64,000 bases of DNA, taken from positions 186,001 to 250,000 of the forward strand of contig CAXHJY010000161.1 of assembly GCA_964016885.1 (NCBI GenBank). Reading direction: 5' to 3'. The notes beneath the pieces are model-generated. The model saw nothing but the letters and a program-made list of their open reading frames with translations. It was not told the origin of the DNA and did no database searches. The stretch's first letter is position 1; every line of letters begins with the position of its first letter. Positions 1 through 16,100 of this stretch are shown here, piece by piece. Both the position numbers and the translations under genes were made by a program. Source of the DNA: Eledone cirrhosa (Eukaryota).

Positions 1-1149
1 GGCACTGACAGAGAAGACAGCAACAACTACAACAACACTGGCACTGACAGAGAAAACAGCAACAACAACAACACTGGCACTGACACAGAAAACAGCAACA
101 ACTACAACACTGGCACTGACAGAGAAAACAGCAACAACTACAACAACACTGGCACTGACAGAGAAAACAGCAACAGCAACAACACTGGCACTGACAGTGA
201 AAACAGCAACAACTACAACAACACTGGCACTGACACAGAAAACAGCAACAACTACAACAACACTGGCACTGACAGAGAAAACAGCAACAACTACAACAAC
301 ACTGGCACTGACACAGAAAACAGCAACAACTACAACAACACTGGCACTGACAGAGAAAACAGCAACAACAACACTGGCACTGACACAGAAAACAGCAACA
401 ACTACAGCAACACTGGCACTGACAGAGAAAACAGCAACAACTACAACAACACTGGCACTGACAGAGAAAACAGCAACAACTACAACAACACTGGCACTGA
501 CAGAGAAAACAGCAACAACTACAACAACACTGGCACTGACACTGAAAAAAGCAACAACTACAACAACACTGGCACTGACACAGAAAACAGCAACAATTAC
601 AACAACACTGGCACTGACACAGAAAACAGCAACAACAACACTGGCACTGACACAGAAAACAGCAACAACAAAAACACTGGCACTGACAGAGAAAACAGAA
701 ACAACAACCACACTGGCACTGACAGAGAAAACAGCAACAACAACAACACCGGCACTGACACAGAAAACAGCAACAACTACAACAACACTGGCACTGACAG
801 AGAAAACAGCAACAATTACAACAACACTGGCACTGACAGAGAAAACAGCAACAACAACAACACTGGCACTGACACAGAAAACAGCAACAACTACAACACT
901 GGCACTGACAGAGAAAACAGCAACAACTACAACAACACTGGCACTGACACAGAAAACAGCAACAACTACAACAACACTGGCACTGACAGAGAAAACAGCA
1001 ACAACTACAACAACACTGGCACTGACACAGAAAACAGCAACAACTACAACAACACTGGCACTGACAGAGAAAACAGCAACAACAACACTGGCACTGACAC
1101 AGAAAACAGCAACAACTACAGCAACACTGGCACTGACAGAGAAAAAGCA

Positions 1150-4100
1150 ACAACTACAACAACACTGGCACTGACAGAGAAAACAGCAACAACTACAACA
1201 ACACTGGCACTGACACAGAAAACAGCAACAACTACAACAACACTGGCACTGACACAGAAAACAGCAACAACCACAACAACACTGGCACTGACACAGAAAA
1301 CAGCAACAACAACAACACTGGCACTGACAGAGAAAACAGCAACAACTAAAACAACACCGGCACTGACACAGAAAACAGCAACAACTACAACAACACTGGC
1401 ACGGAAAACAGCAACAGCAACAACAACACTGGCACTGACACAGAAAACAGCAACAACAGCAACAACAACCGTGGCACTGACACAGAAAACAGCAACAACA
1501 GCAACAATAACACTGGCACTGGCACAGAAAACAGCAACAGCAATACTGGAACTGACACAGAAAACAGCAACAGTAACAACAACAACACTGGCACTGACAC
1601 AGAAAACAGCAACAACAACAACACTGGCACAGACACAGAAAACAGCAACAACAACAACACTGGCACTGACAGAGAAAACAGCAACAACTACAACACTGAC
1701 ACTGACAGAGAAAGCAGCAACAACAACAACACTGTCACTGACAGAGAAAACAGCAACAACTAAAACAACACTGGCACTGACAGAGAAAACAACAACAACT
1801 ACAACACTGGCACTGACAGAGAAAACACCAACAACAACAACACTGGCACTGACAAAGAAAACAGCAACAACTACAACAACACTGGCACTGACACAGAAAA
1901 CAGCAACAACTACAACAAAACTGGCACTGACAGAGAAAACAGCAACAACTAAAACAACACTGGCACTGACACAGAAAACAGCAACAACAACACTGGCACT
2001 GACACAGAAAACAGCAACAACTACAACAACACTGGCACTGACAGAGAAAACAGCAACAACTACAACAACACTGGCACTGACACAGAAAACAGCAACAACT
2101 ACAACAACACTGGCACTGACAGAGAAAACAGCAACAACAACACTGGCACTGACACAGAAAACAGCAACAACTACAACAACACTGGCACTGACAGAGAAAA
2201 CAGCAACAACTACAACAACACTGGCACTGACAGAGAAAACAGCAACAACTACAACAACACTGGCACTGACACTGAAAAAAGCAACAACTACAACAACACT
2301 GGCACTGACACAGAAAACAGCAACAACTACAACAACACTGGCACTGACAGAGAAAACAGCAACAACAACAACAACACTGGCACTGACAGAGAAAACAGCA
2401 ACAACTACAACACTGGCACTGACAGAGAAAACAGCAACAACAACAACACTGGCACTGACAAAGAAAACAGCAACAACTACAACAACACAGGCACTGACAC
2501 AGAAAACAGCAACAACTACAACAAAACTGGCACTGACAGAGAAAACAGCAACAACTACAACACTGGCACTGACAGAGAAAACAGCAACAACACTGGCACT
2601 GACACAGAAAACAGCAACAACTACAACAACACTGGCACTGACAGAGAAAACAGCAACAACACTGGCACTGACACAGAAAACAGCAACAACTACAACAACA
2701 CTGGCACTGACAGAGAAAACAGCAACAACAACAACACTGGCACTGACACAGAAAACAGCAACAACTACAACAACACTGGCACTGACAGAGAAAACAGCAA
2801 CAACTACAACAACACTGGCACTGACAGAGAAAACAGCAACAACTACAACAACACTGGCACTGACACTGAAAAAAGCAACAACTACAACAACACTGGCACT
2901 GACACAGAAAACAGCAACAACTACAACACTGGCACTGACAGAGAAAACAGCAACAACAACAACACTGGCACTGACACAGAAAACAGCAACAACTACAACA
3001 ACACTGGCACTGACAGAGAAAACAGCAACAACTACAACAACACTGGCACTGACAGAGAAAACAGCAACAACTACAACAACACTGGCACTGACAGAGAAAA
3101 CAGCAACAACTACAACAACACTGGCACTGACACTGAAAAAAGCAACAACTACAACAACACTGGCACTGACACAGAAAACAGCAACAACTACAACACTGGC
3201 ACTGACAGAGAAAACAGCAACAACAACAACACTGGCACTGACACAGAAAACAGCAACAACTACAACAACACTGGCACTGACAGAGAAAACAGCAACAACT
3301 ACAACAACACTGGCACTGACAGAGAAAACAGCAACAACTACAACAACACTGGCACTGACACTGAAAAAAGCAACAACTACAACAACACTGGCACTGACAC
3401 AGAAAACAGCAACAACTACAACAACACTGGCAGTGACACAGAAAAGAGCAACAACAACAACACTGGCACTGACACAGAAAACAGCAACAACAAAAACACT
3501 GGCACTGACAGAGAAAACAGCAACAACAACAACAACACCGGCACTGACACAGAAAACAGCAACAACTACAACAACACTGGCACTGACAGAGAAGACAGCA
3601 ACAACTACAACAACACTGGCACTGACAGAGAAAACAGCAACAACAACAACACTGGCACTGACACAAAAAACAGCAACAACTACAACACTGGCACTGACAG
3701 AGAAAACAGCAACAACTACAACAACACTGGCACTGACACAGAAAACAGCAACAACTACAACAACACTGGCACTGACAGAGAAAACAGCAACAGCAACAAC
3801 ACTGGCACTGACAGTGAAAACAGCAACAACTACAACAACACTGGCACTGACACAGAAAACAGCAACAACTACAACAACACTGGCACTGACAGAGAAAACA
3901 GCAACAACTACAACAACACTGGCACTGACACAGAAAACAGCAACAACTACAACAACACTGGCACTGACAGAGAAAACAGCAACAACAACACTGGCACTGA
4001 CACAGAAAACAGCAACAACTACAGCAACACTGGCACTGACAGAGAAAACAGCAACAACTACAACAACACTGGCACTGACAGAGAAAACAGCAACAACTAC

Positions 4101-5900
4101 AACAACACTGGCACTGACAGAGAAAACAGCAACAACAACAACACTGGCACTGACAGAGAAAACAGCAACAACTACAACAACACTGGCACTGACAGAGAAA
4201 ACAGCAACAACTACAACAACACTGGCACTGACACTGAAAAAAGCAACAACTACAACAACACTGGCACTGACACAGAAAACAGCAACAATTACAACAACAC
4301 TGGCACTGACACAGAAAACAGCAACAACAACACTGGCACTGACACAGAAAACAGCAACAACAAAAACACTGGCACTGACAGAGAAAACAGCAACAACAAC
4401 CACACTGGCACTGACAGAGAAAACAGCAACAACAACAACACCGGCACTGACACAGAAAACAGCAACAACTACAACAACACTGGCACTGACAGAGAAAACA
4501 GCAACAATTACAACAACACTGGCACTGACAGAGAAAACAGCAACAACAACAACACTGGCACTGACACAGAAAACAGCAACAACTACAACACTGGCACTGA
4601 CAGAGAAAACAGCAACAACTACAACAACACTGGCACTGACAGAGAAAACAGCAACAGCAACAACACTGGCACTGACAGAGAAAACAGCAACAACAACACT
4701 GGCACTGACACAGAAAACAGCAACAACTACAACAACACTGGCACTGACAGAGAAAACAGCAACAACTACAACAACACTGGCACTGACACAGAAAACAGCA
4801 ACAACTACAACAACACTGGCACTGACAGAGAAAACAGCAACAACAACACTGGCACTGACACAGAAAACAGCAACAACTACAACAACACTGGCACTGACAC
4901 AGTAAACAACAACAACTACAACAACACTGGCACTGACAGAGAAAACAGCAACAACTACAACAACACTGGCACTGACACAGAAAACAGCAACAACTACAAC
5001 AACACTGGCACTGACACAGAAAACAGCAACAACTAAAACAACACCGGCACTGACACAGAAAACAGCAACAACTACAACAACACTGGCACGGAAAACAGCA
5101 ACAACAGCAACAACAACGCTGGCACTGACACAGAAAACAGCAACAACAGCAACAACAACCGTGGCACTGACACAGAAAACAGCAACAACAGCAACAATAA
5201 CACTGGCACTGGCACAGAAAACAGCAACAGCAATACTGGAACTAACACAGAAAACAGCAACAGTAACAACAACAACACTGGCACTGACACAGAAAACAGC
5301 AACAACAACAACACTGGCACTGACACAGAAAACAGCAACAACAACAACACTGGCACTGACAGTGAAAATAGCAACAGCAACAACACTGGCACTGACAGAG
5401 AAAACAGCAACAACTACAACACTGGCACTGACAGAGAAAACAGCAACAACAACAACACTGGCACTGACAAAGAAAACAGCAACAACTACAACAACACTGG
5501 CACTGACACAGAAAACAGCAACAACTACAACAAAACTGGCACTGACAGAGAAAACAGCAACAACTACAACAACACTGGCACTGACAGAGAAAACAGCAAC
5601 AACAACACTGGCACTGACACAGAAAACAGCAACAACTACAACAACACTGGCACTAACAGAGAAAACAGCAACAACTACAACAACACTGGCACTGACACAG
5701 AAAACAGCAACAACTACAACAACACTGGCACTGACAGAGAAAACAGCAACAACAACAACACTGGCACTGACACAGAAAACAGCAACGACTACAACAACAC
5801 TGGCACTGACAGAGAAAACAGCAACAACTACAACAACACTGGCACTGACAGAGAAAACAGCAACAACTACAACAACACTGGCACTGACACTGAAAAAAGC
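1150..5900. repeat. Block with a dispersed copy at ~13.15-17.9 kb (offset ~12 kb)
   Basis: Offsets 1385/13382 and 4905/16878. Shared variants include GGCACAGAC ~1626/13623, AAACACCAAC ~1824/13820, GAAAAGAGC ~3441/15415 and ACAACCACACT ~4397/16369. Confidence 0.8.
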
Positions 5901-8900
5901 AACAACTACAACAACACTGGCATTGACACAGAAAACAGCAACAACTACAACAACACTGGCACTGACAGAGAAAACAGCAACAACAACAACAACACTGGCA
6001 CTGACAGAGAAAACAGCAACAACTACAACACTGGCACTGACAGAGAAAACAGCAACAACAACAACACTGGCACTGACAAAGAAAACAGCAACAACTACAA
6101 CAACACTGGCACTGACACAGAAAACAGCAACAACTACAACAAAACTGGCACTGACAGAGAAAACAGCAACAACTACAACAACACTGGCACTGACAGAGAA
6201 AACAGCAACAACACTGGCACTGACACAGAAAACAGCAACAACTACAACAACACTGGCACTGACAGAGAAAACAGCAACAACTACAACAACACTGGCACTG
6301 ACACAGAAAACAGCAACAACTACAACAACACTGGCACTGACAGAGAAAACAGCAACAACAACAACACTGGCACTGACAGAGAAAACAGCAACAACTACAA
6401 CAACACTGGCACTGACAGAGAAAACAGCAACAACTACAACAACACTGGCACTGACACTGAAAAAAGCAACAACTACAACAACACTGGCACTGACACAGAA
6501 AACAGCAACAATTACAACAACACTGGCACTGACACAGAAAACAGCAACAGCAACACTGGCACTGACACAGAAAACAGCAACAACAAAAACACTGGCACTG
6601 ACACAGAAAACAGCAACAACAACCACACTGGCACTGACAGAGAAAACAGCAACAACAACAACACCGGCACTGACACAGAAAACAGCAACAACTACAACAA
6701 CATTGGCACTGACAGAGAAAACAGCAACAATTACAACAACACTGGCACTGACAGAGAAAACAGCAACAACAACAACACTGGCACTGACACAGAAAACAGC
6801 AACAACTACAACACTGGCACTGACAGAGAAAACAGCAACAACTACAACAACACTGGCACTGACAGAGAAAACAGCAACAGCAACAACACTGGCACTGACA
6901 GAGAAAACAGCAACAACAACACTGGCACTGACACAGAAAACAGCAACAACTACAACAACACTGGCACTGACAGAGAAAACAGCAACAACTACAACAACAC
7001 TGGCACTGACACAGAAAACAGCAACAACTACAACAACACTGGCACTGACAGAGAAAACAGCAACAACAACACTGGCACTGACACAGAAAACAGCAACAAC
7101 TACAACAACACTGGCACTGACACAGTAAACAACAACAACTACAACAACAATGGCACTGACAGAGAAAACAGCAACAACTACAACAACACTGGCACTGACA
7201 CAGAAAACAGCAACAACTACAACAACACTGGCACTGACACAGAAAACAGCAACAACTAAAACAACACCGGCACTGACACAGAAAACAGCAACAACTACAA
7301 CAACACTGGCACGGAAAACAGCAACAACAGCAACAACAACACTGGCACTGACACAGAAAACAGCAACAACAGCAACAACAACCGTGGCACTGACACAGAA
7401 AACAGCAACAACAGCAACAATAACACTGGCACTGGCACAGAAAACGGCAAGAGCAATACTGGAACTAACACAGAAAACAGCAACAGTAACAACAACAACA
7501 CTGGCACTGACACAGAAAACAGCAACAACAACAACACTGGCACTGACACAGAAAACAGCAACAACAACAACACTGGCACTGACAGTGAAAATAGCAACAG
7601 CAACAACACTGGCACTGACAGAGAAAACAGCAACAACTACAACACTGGCACTGACAGAGAAAACAGCAACAACAACAACACTGGCACTGACAAAGAAAAC
7701 AGCAACAACTACAACAACACTGGCACTGACACAGAAAACAGCAACAACTACAACAAAACTGGCACTGACAGAGAAAACAGCAACAACTACAACAACACTG
7801 GCACTGACAGAGAAAACAGCAACAACAACACTGGCACTGACACAGAAAACAGCAACAACTACAACAACACTGGCACTAACAGAGAAAACAGCAACAACTA
7901 CAACAACACTGGCACTGACACAGAAAACAGCAACAACTACAACAACACTGGCACTGACAGAGAAAACAGCAACAACAACAACACTGGCACTGACACAGAA
8001 AACAGCAACAACTACAACAACACTGGCACTGACAGAGAAAACAGCAACAACTACAACAACACTGGCACTGACAGAGAAAACAGCAACAACTACAACAACA
8101 CTGGCACTGACACTGAAAAAAGCAACAACTACAACAACACTGGCACTGACACAGAAAACAGCAACAACTACAACAACACTGGCAGTGACACAGAAAACAG
8201 CAACAACAACAACACTGGCAGTGACACAGAAAACAGCAACAACAAAAACACTGGCACTGACAGAGAAAACAGCAACAACAACAACAACACCGGCACTGAC
8301 ACAGAAAACAGCAACAACTACAACAACACTGGCACTGACAGAGAAAACAGCAATAACTACAACAACACTGGCACTGACAGAGAAAACAGCAACAACAACA
8401 ACACTGGCACTGACACAGAAAACAGCAACAACTACAACACTGGCACTGACAGAGAAAACAGCAACAACTACAACAACACTGGCACTGACACAGAAAACAG
8501 CAACAACTACAACAACACTGGCACTGACAGAGAAAACAGCAACAGCAACAACACTGGCACTGACAGTGAAAACAGCAACAACTACAACAACACTGGCACT
8601 GACACAGAAAACAGCAACAACTACAACAACACTGGCACTGACAGAGAAAACAGCAACAACTACAACAACACTGGCACTGACACAGAAAACAGCAACAACT
8701 ACAACAACACTGGCACTGACAGAGAAAACAGCAACAACAACACTGGCACTGACACAGAAAACAGCAACAACTACAGCAACACTGGCACTGACAGAGAAAA
8801 CAGCAACAACTACAACAACACTGGCACTGACAGAGAAAACAGCAACAATTACAACAACACTGGCACTGACAGAGAAAACAGCAACAACAACAACACTGGC

Positions 8901-11900
8901 ACTGACACAGAAAACAGCAACAACTACAACACTGGCACTGACAGAGAAAACAGCAACAACTACAACAACACTGGCACTGACAGAGAAAACAGCAACAGCA
9001 ACAACACTGGCACTGACAGAGAAAACAGCAACAACAACACTGGCACTGACACAGAAAACAGCAACAACTACAACAACACTGGCACTGACAGAGAAAACAG
9101 CAACAACTACAACAACACTGGCACTGACACAGAAAACAGCAACAACTACAACAACACTGGCACTGACAGAGAAAACAGCAACAACAACACTGGCACTGAC
9201 ACAGAAAACAGCAACAACTACAACAACACTGGCACTGACACAGTAAACAACAACAACTACAACAACACTGGCACTGACAGAGAAAACAGCAACAACTACA
9301 ACAACACTGGCACTGACACAGAAAACAGCAACAACTACAACAACACTGGCACTGACACAGAAAACAGCAACAACTAAAACAACACCGGCACTGACACAGA
9401 AAACAGCAACAACTACAACAACACTGGCACGGAAAACAGCAACAACAGCAACAACAACGCTGGCACTGACACAGAAAACAGCAACAACAGCAACAACAAC
9501 CGTGGCACTGACACAGAAAACAGCAACAACAGCAACAATAACACTGGCACTGGCACAGAAAACAGCAACAGCAATACTGGAACTAACACAGAAAACAGCA
9601 ACAGTAACAACAACAACACTGGCACTGACACAGAAAACAGCAACAACAACAACACTGGCACTGACACAGAAAACAGCAACAACAACAACACTGGCACTGA
9701 CAGTGAAAATAGCAACAGCAACAACACTGGCACTGACAGAGAAAACAGCAACAACTACAACACTGGCACTGACAGAGAAAACAGCAACAACAACAACACT
9801 GGCACTGACAAAGAAAACAGCAACAACTACAACAACACTGGCACTGACACAGAAAACAGCAACAACTACAACAAAACTGGCACTGACAGAGAAAACAGCA
9901 ACAACTACAACAACACTGGCACTGACAGAGAAAACAGCAACAACAACACTGGCACTGACACAGAAAACAGCAACAACTACAACAACACTGGCACTAACAG
10001 AGAAAACAGCAACAACTACAACAACACTGGCACTGACACAGAAAACAGCAACAACTACAACAACACTGGCACTGACAGAGAAAACAGCAACAACAACAAC
10101 ACTGGCACTGACACAGAAAACAGCAACGACTACAACAACACTGGCACTGACAGAGAAAACAGCAACAACTACAACAACACTGGCACTGACAGAGAAAACA
10201 GCAACAACTACAACAACACTGGCACTGACACTGAAAAAAGCAACAACTACAACAACACTGGCATTGACACAGAAAACAGCAACAACTACAACAACACTGG
10301 CACTGACAGAGAAAACAGCAACAACAACAACAACACTGGCACTGACAGAGAAAACAGCAACAACTACAACACTGGCACTGACAGAGAAAACAGCAACAAC
10401 AACAACACTGGCACTGACAAAGAAAACAGCAACAACTACAACAACACTGGCACTGACACAGAAAACAGCAACAACTACAACAAAACTGGCACTGACAGAG
10501 AAAACAGCAACAACTACAACAACACTGGCACTGACAGAGAAAACAGCAACAACACTGGCACTGACACAGAAAACAGCAACAACTACAACAACACTGGCAC
10601 TGACAGAGAAAACAGCAACAACTACAACAACACTGGCACTGACACAGAAAACAGCAACAACTACAACAACACTGGCACTGACAGAGAAAACAGCAACAAC
10701 AACAACACTGGCACTGACAGAGAAAACAGCAACAACTACAACAACACTGGCACTGACAGAGAAAACAGCAACAACTACAACAACACTGGCACTGACACTG
10801 AAAAAAGCAACAACTACAACAACACTGGCACTGACACAGAAAACAGCAACAATTACAACAACACTGGCACTGACACAGAAAACAGCAACAGCAACACTGG
10901 CACTGACACAGAAAACAGCAACAACAAAAACACTGGCACTGACACAGAAAACAGCAACAACAACCACACTGGCACTGACAGAGAAAACAGCAACAACAAC
11001 AACACCGGCACTGACACAGAAAACAGCAACAACTACAACAACATTGGCACTGACAGAGAAAACAGCAACAATTACAACAACACTGGCACTGACAGAGAAA
11101 ACAGCAACAACAACAACACTGGCACTGACACAGAAAACAGCAACAACTACAACACTGGCACTGACAGAGAAAACAGCAACAACTACAACAACACTGGCAC
11201 TGACAGAGAAAACAGCAACAGCAACAACACTGGCACTGACAGAGAAAACAGCAACAACAACACTGGCACTGACACAGAAAACAGCAACAACTACAACAAC
11301 ACTGGCACTGACAGAGAAAACAGCAACAACTACAACAACACTGGCACTGACACAGAAAACAGCAACAACTACAACAACACTGGCACTGACAGAGAAAACA
11401 GCAACAACAACACTGGCACTGACACAGAAAACAGCAACAACTACAACAACACTGGCACTGACACAGTAAACAACAACAACTACAACAACAATGGCACTGA
11501 CAGAGAAAACAGCAACAACTACAACAACACTGGCACTGACACAGAAAACAGCAACAACTACAACAACACTGGCACTGACACAGAAAACAGCAACAACTAA
11601 AACAACACCGGCACTGACACAGAAAACAGCAACAACTACAACAACACTGGCACGGAAAACAGCAACAACAGCAACAACAACACTGGCACTGACACAGAAA
11701 ACAGCAACAACAGCAACAACAACCGTGGCACTGACACAGAAAACAGCAACAACAGCAACAATAACACTGGCACTGGCACAGAAAACGGCAAGAGCAATAC
11801 TGGAACTAACACAGAAAACAGCAACAGTAACAACAACAACACTGGCACTGACACAGAAAACAGCAACAACAACAACACTGGCACTGACACAGAAAACAGC

Positions 11901-13150
11901 AACAACAACAACACTGGCACTGACAGTGAAAATAGCAACAGCAACAACACTGGCACTGACAGAGAAAACAGCAACAACTACAACACTGGCACTGACAGAG
12001 AAAACAGCAACAACAACAACACTGGCACTGACAAAGAAAACAGCAACAACTACAACAACACTGGCACTGACACAGAAAACAGCAACAACTACAACAAAAC
12101 TGGCACTGACAGAGAAAACAGCAACAACTACAACAACACTGGCACTGACAGAGAAAACAGCAACAACAACACTGGCACTGACACAGAAAACAGCAACAAC
12201 TACAACAACACTGGCACTAACAGAGAAAACAGCAACAACTACAACAACACTGGCACTGACACAGAAAACAGCAACAACTACAACAACACTGGCACTGACA
12301 GAGAAAACAGCAACAACAACAACACTGGCACTGACACAGAAAACAGCAACAACTACAACAACACTGGCACTGACAGAGAAAACAGCAACAACTACAACAA
12401 CACTGGCACTGACAGAGAAAACAGCAACAACTACAACAACACTGGCACTGACACTGAAAAAAGCAACAACTACAACAACACTGGCACTGACACAGAAAAC
12501 AGCAACAACTACAACAACACTGGCAGTGACACAGAAAACAGCAACAACAACAACACTGGCAGTGACACAGAAAACAGCAACAACAAAAACACTGGCACTG
12601 ACAGAGAAAACAGCAACAACAACAACAACACCGGCACTGACACAGAAAACAGCAACAACTACAACAACACTGGCACTGACAGAGAAAACAGCAATAACTA
12701 CAACAACACTGGCACTGACAGAGAAAACAGCAACAACAACAACACTGGCACTGACACAGAAAACAGCAACAACTACAACACTGGCACTGACAGAGAAAAC
12801 AGCAACAACTACAACAACACTGGCACTGACACAGAAAACAGCAACAACTACAACAACACTGGCACTGACAGAGAAAACAGCAACAGCAACAACACTGGCA
12901 CTGACAGTGAAAACAGCAACAACTACAACAACACTGGCACTGACACAGAAAACAGCAACAACTACAACAACACTGGCACTGACAGAGAAAACAGCAACAA
13001 CTACAACAACACTGGCACTGACACAGAAAACAGCAACAACTACAACAACACTGGCACTGACAGAGAAAACAGCAACAACAACACTGGCACTGACACAGAA
13101 AACAGCAACAACTACAGCAACACTGGCACTGACAGAGAAAACAGCAACAA
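4465..13150. repeat. Tandem block duplication, period 4,341 bp (two copies)
   Basis: Constant offset of 4341 for TAA 4905/9246 and 7128/11469, ORF starts 5161/9502, ATG 7150/11491, and private variants CATTGAC 5921/10262 and AAAACGGCAAGAGC ~7441/11782. The two 655-aa conceptual translations appear identical. Confidence 0.9.
4903..5385. repeat. Representative copy of the variant-monomer marker cassette that defines a ~2 kb higher-order repeat
   Basis: Ordered rare variants: CAGTAAAC, ACTAAAACAACACCGG, CTGGCACGGAAA (6-bp deletion), ACCGTGGC, ACAATAAC, CTGGCACAG, ATACTGGAACT, ACAGTAAC, GTGAAAATAG. The core order recurs throughout, and the GGCACGGAAA marker occurs 27 times between ~1400 and ~58950. 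Confidence 0.9.
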
Positions 13151-16100
13151 CTACAACAACACTGGCACTGACAGAGAAAACAGCAACAACTACAACAACA
13201 CTGGCACTGACACAGAAAACAGCAACAACTACAACAACACTGGCACTGACACAGAAAACAGCAACAACCACAACAACACTGGCACTGACACAGAAAACAG
13301 CAACAACAACAACACTGGCACTGACAGAGAAAACAGCAACAACTAAAACAACACCGGCACTGACACAGAAAACAGCAACAACTACAACAACACTGGCACG
13401 GAAAACAGCAACAGCAACAACAACACTGGCACTGACACAGAAAACAGCAACAACAGCAACAACAACCGTGGCACTGACACAGAAAACAGCAACAACAGCA
13501 ACAATAACACTGGCACTGGCACAGAAAACAGCAACAGCAATACTGGAACTGACACAGAAAACAGCAACAGTAACAACAACAACACTGGCACTGACACAGA
13601 AAACAGCAACAACAACAACACTGGCACAGACACAGAAAACAGCAACAACAACAACACTGGCACTGAGAGAGAAAACAGCAACAACTACAACACTGACACT
13701 GACAGAGAAAGCAGCAACAACAACAACACTGTCACTGACAGAGAAAACAGCAACAACTAAAACAACACTGGCACTGACAGAGAAAACAACAACAACTACA
13801 ACACTGGCACTGACAGAGAAAACACCAACAACAACAACACTGGCACTGACAAAGAAAACAGCAACAACTACAACAACACTGGCACTGACACAGAAAACAG
13901 CAACAACTACAACAAAACTGGCACTGACAGAGAAAACAGCAACAACTACAACAACACTGGCACTGACAGAGAAAACAGCAACAACAACACTGGCACTGAC
14001 ACAGAAAACAGCAACAACTACAACAACACTGGCACTGACAGAGAAAACAGCAACAACTACAACAACACTGGCACTGACACAGAAAACAGCAACAACTACA
14101 ACAACACTGGCACTGACAGAGAAAACAGCAACAACAACAACACTGGCACTGACACAGAAAACAGCAACAACTACAACAACACTGGCACTGACAGAGAAAA
14201 CAGCAACAACTACAACAACACTGGCACTGACAGAGAAAACAGCAACAACTACAACAACACTGGCACTGACACTGAAAAAAGCAACAACTACAACAACACT
14301 GGCACTGACACAGAAAACAGCAACAACTACAACAACACTGGCACTGACAGAGAAAACAGCAACAACAACAACAACACTGGCACTGACAGAGAAAACAGCA
14401 ACAACTACAACACTGGCACTGACAGAGAAAACAGCAACAACAACAACACTGGCACTGACAAAGAAAACAGCAACAACTACAACAACACAGGCACTGACAC
14501 GGAAAACAGCAACAACTACAACAAAACTGGCACTGACAGAGAAAACAGCAACAACTACAACAACACTGGCACTGACAGAGAAAACAGCAACAACACTGGC
14601 ACTGACACAGAAAACAGCAACAACTACAACAACACTGGCACTGACAGAGAAAACAGCAACAACTACAACAACACTGGCACTGACACAGAAAACAGCAACA
14701 ACTACAACAACACTGGCACTGACAGAGAAAACAGCAACAACAACAACACTGGCACTGACACAGAAAACAGCAACAACTACAACAACACTGGCACTGACAG
14801 AGAAAACAGCAACAACTACAACAACACTGGCACTGACAGAGAAAACAGCAACAACTACAACAACACTGGCACTGACACTGAAAAAAGCAACAACTACAAC
14901 AACACTGGCACTGACACAGAAAACAGCAACAACTACAACACTGGCACTGACAGAGAAAACAGCAACAACAACAACACTGGCACTGACACAGAAAACAGTA
15001 ACAACTACAACAACACTGGCACTGACAGAGAAAACAGCAACAACTACAACAACACTGGCACTGACAGAGAAAACAGCAACAACTACAACAACACTGGCAC
15101 TGACAGAGAAAACAGCAACAACTACAACAACACTGGCACTGACACTGAAAAAAGCAACAACTACAACAACACTGGCACTGACACAGAAAACAGCAACAAC
15201 TACAACACTGGCACTGACAGAGAAAACAGCAACAACAACAACACTGGCACTGACACAGAAAACAGCAACAACTACAACAACACTGGCACTGACAGAGAAA
15301 ACAGCAACAACTACAACAACACTGGCACTGACACTGAAAAAAGCAACAACTACAACAACACTGGCACTGACACAGAAAACAGCAACAACTACAACAACAC
15401 TGGCAGTGACACAGAAAAGAGCAACAACAACAACACTGGCACTGACACAGAAAACAGCAACAACAAAAACACTGGCACTGACAGAGAAAACAGCAACAAC
15501 AACAACAACACCGGCACTGACACAGAAAACAGCAACAACTACAACAACACTGGCACTGACAGAGAAGACAGCAACAACTACAACAACACTGGCACTGACA
15601 GAGAAAACAGCAACAACAACAACACTGGCACTGACACAGAAAACAGCAACAACTACAACACTGGCACTGACAGAGAAAACAGCAACAACTACAACAACAC
15701 TGGCACTGACACAGAAAACAGCAACAACTACAACAACACTGGCACTGACAGAGAAAACAGCAACAGCAACAACACTGGCACTGACAGTGAAAACAGCAAC
15801 AACTACAACAACACTGGCACTGACACAGAAAACAGCAACAACTACAACAACACTGGCACTGACAGAGAAAACAGCAACAACTACAACAACACTGGCACTG
15901 ACACAGAAAACAGCAACAACTACAACAACACTGGCACTGACAGAGAAAACAGCAACAACAACACTGGCACTGACACAGAAAACAGCAACAACTACAGCAA
16001 CACTGGCACTGACAGAGAAAACAGCAACAACTACAACAACACTGGCACTGACAGAGAAAACAGCAACAACTACAACAACACTGGCACTGACAGAGAAAAC

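Noticed and set aside
1735-3666. Cys-rich minus ORFs (also 26449..27531) resembling metallothionein or keratin-associated proteins
   Set aside because: They are simply the antisense of ACA triplets (TGT), bounded by sporadic variants.
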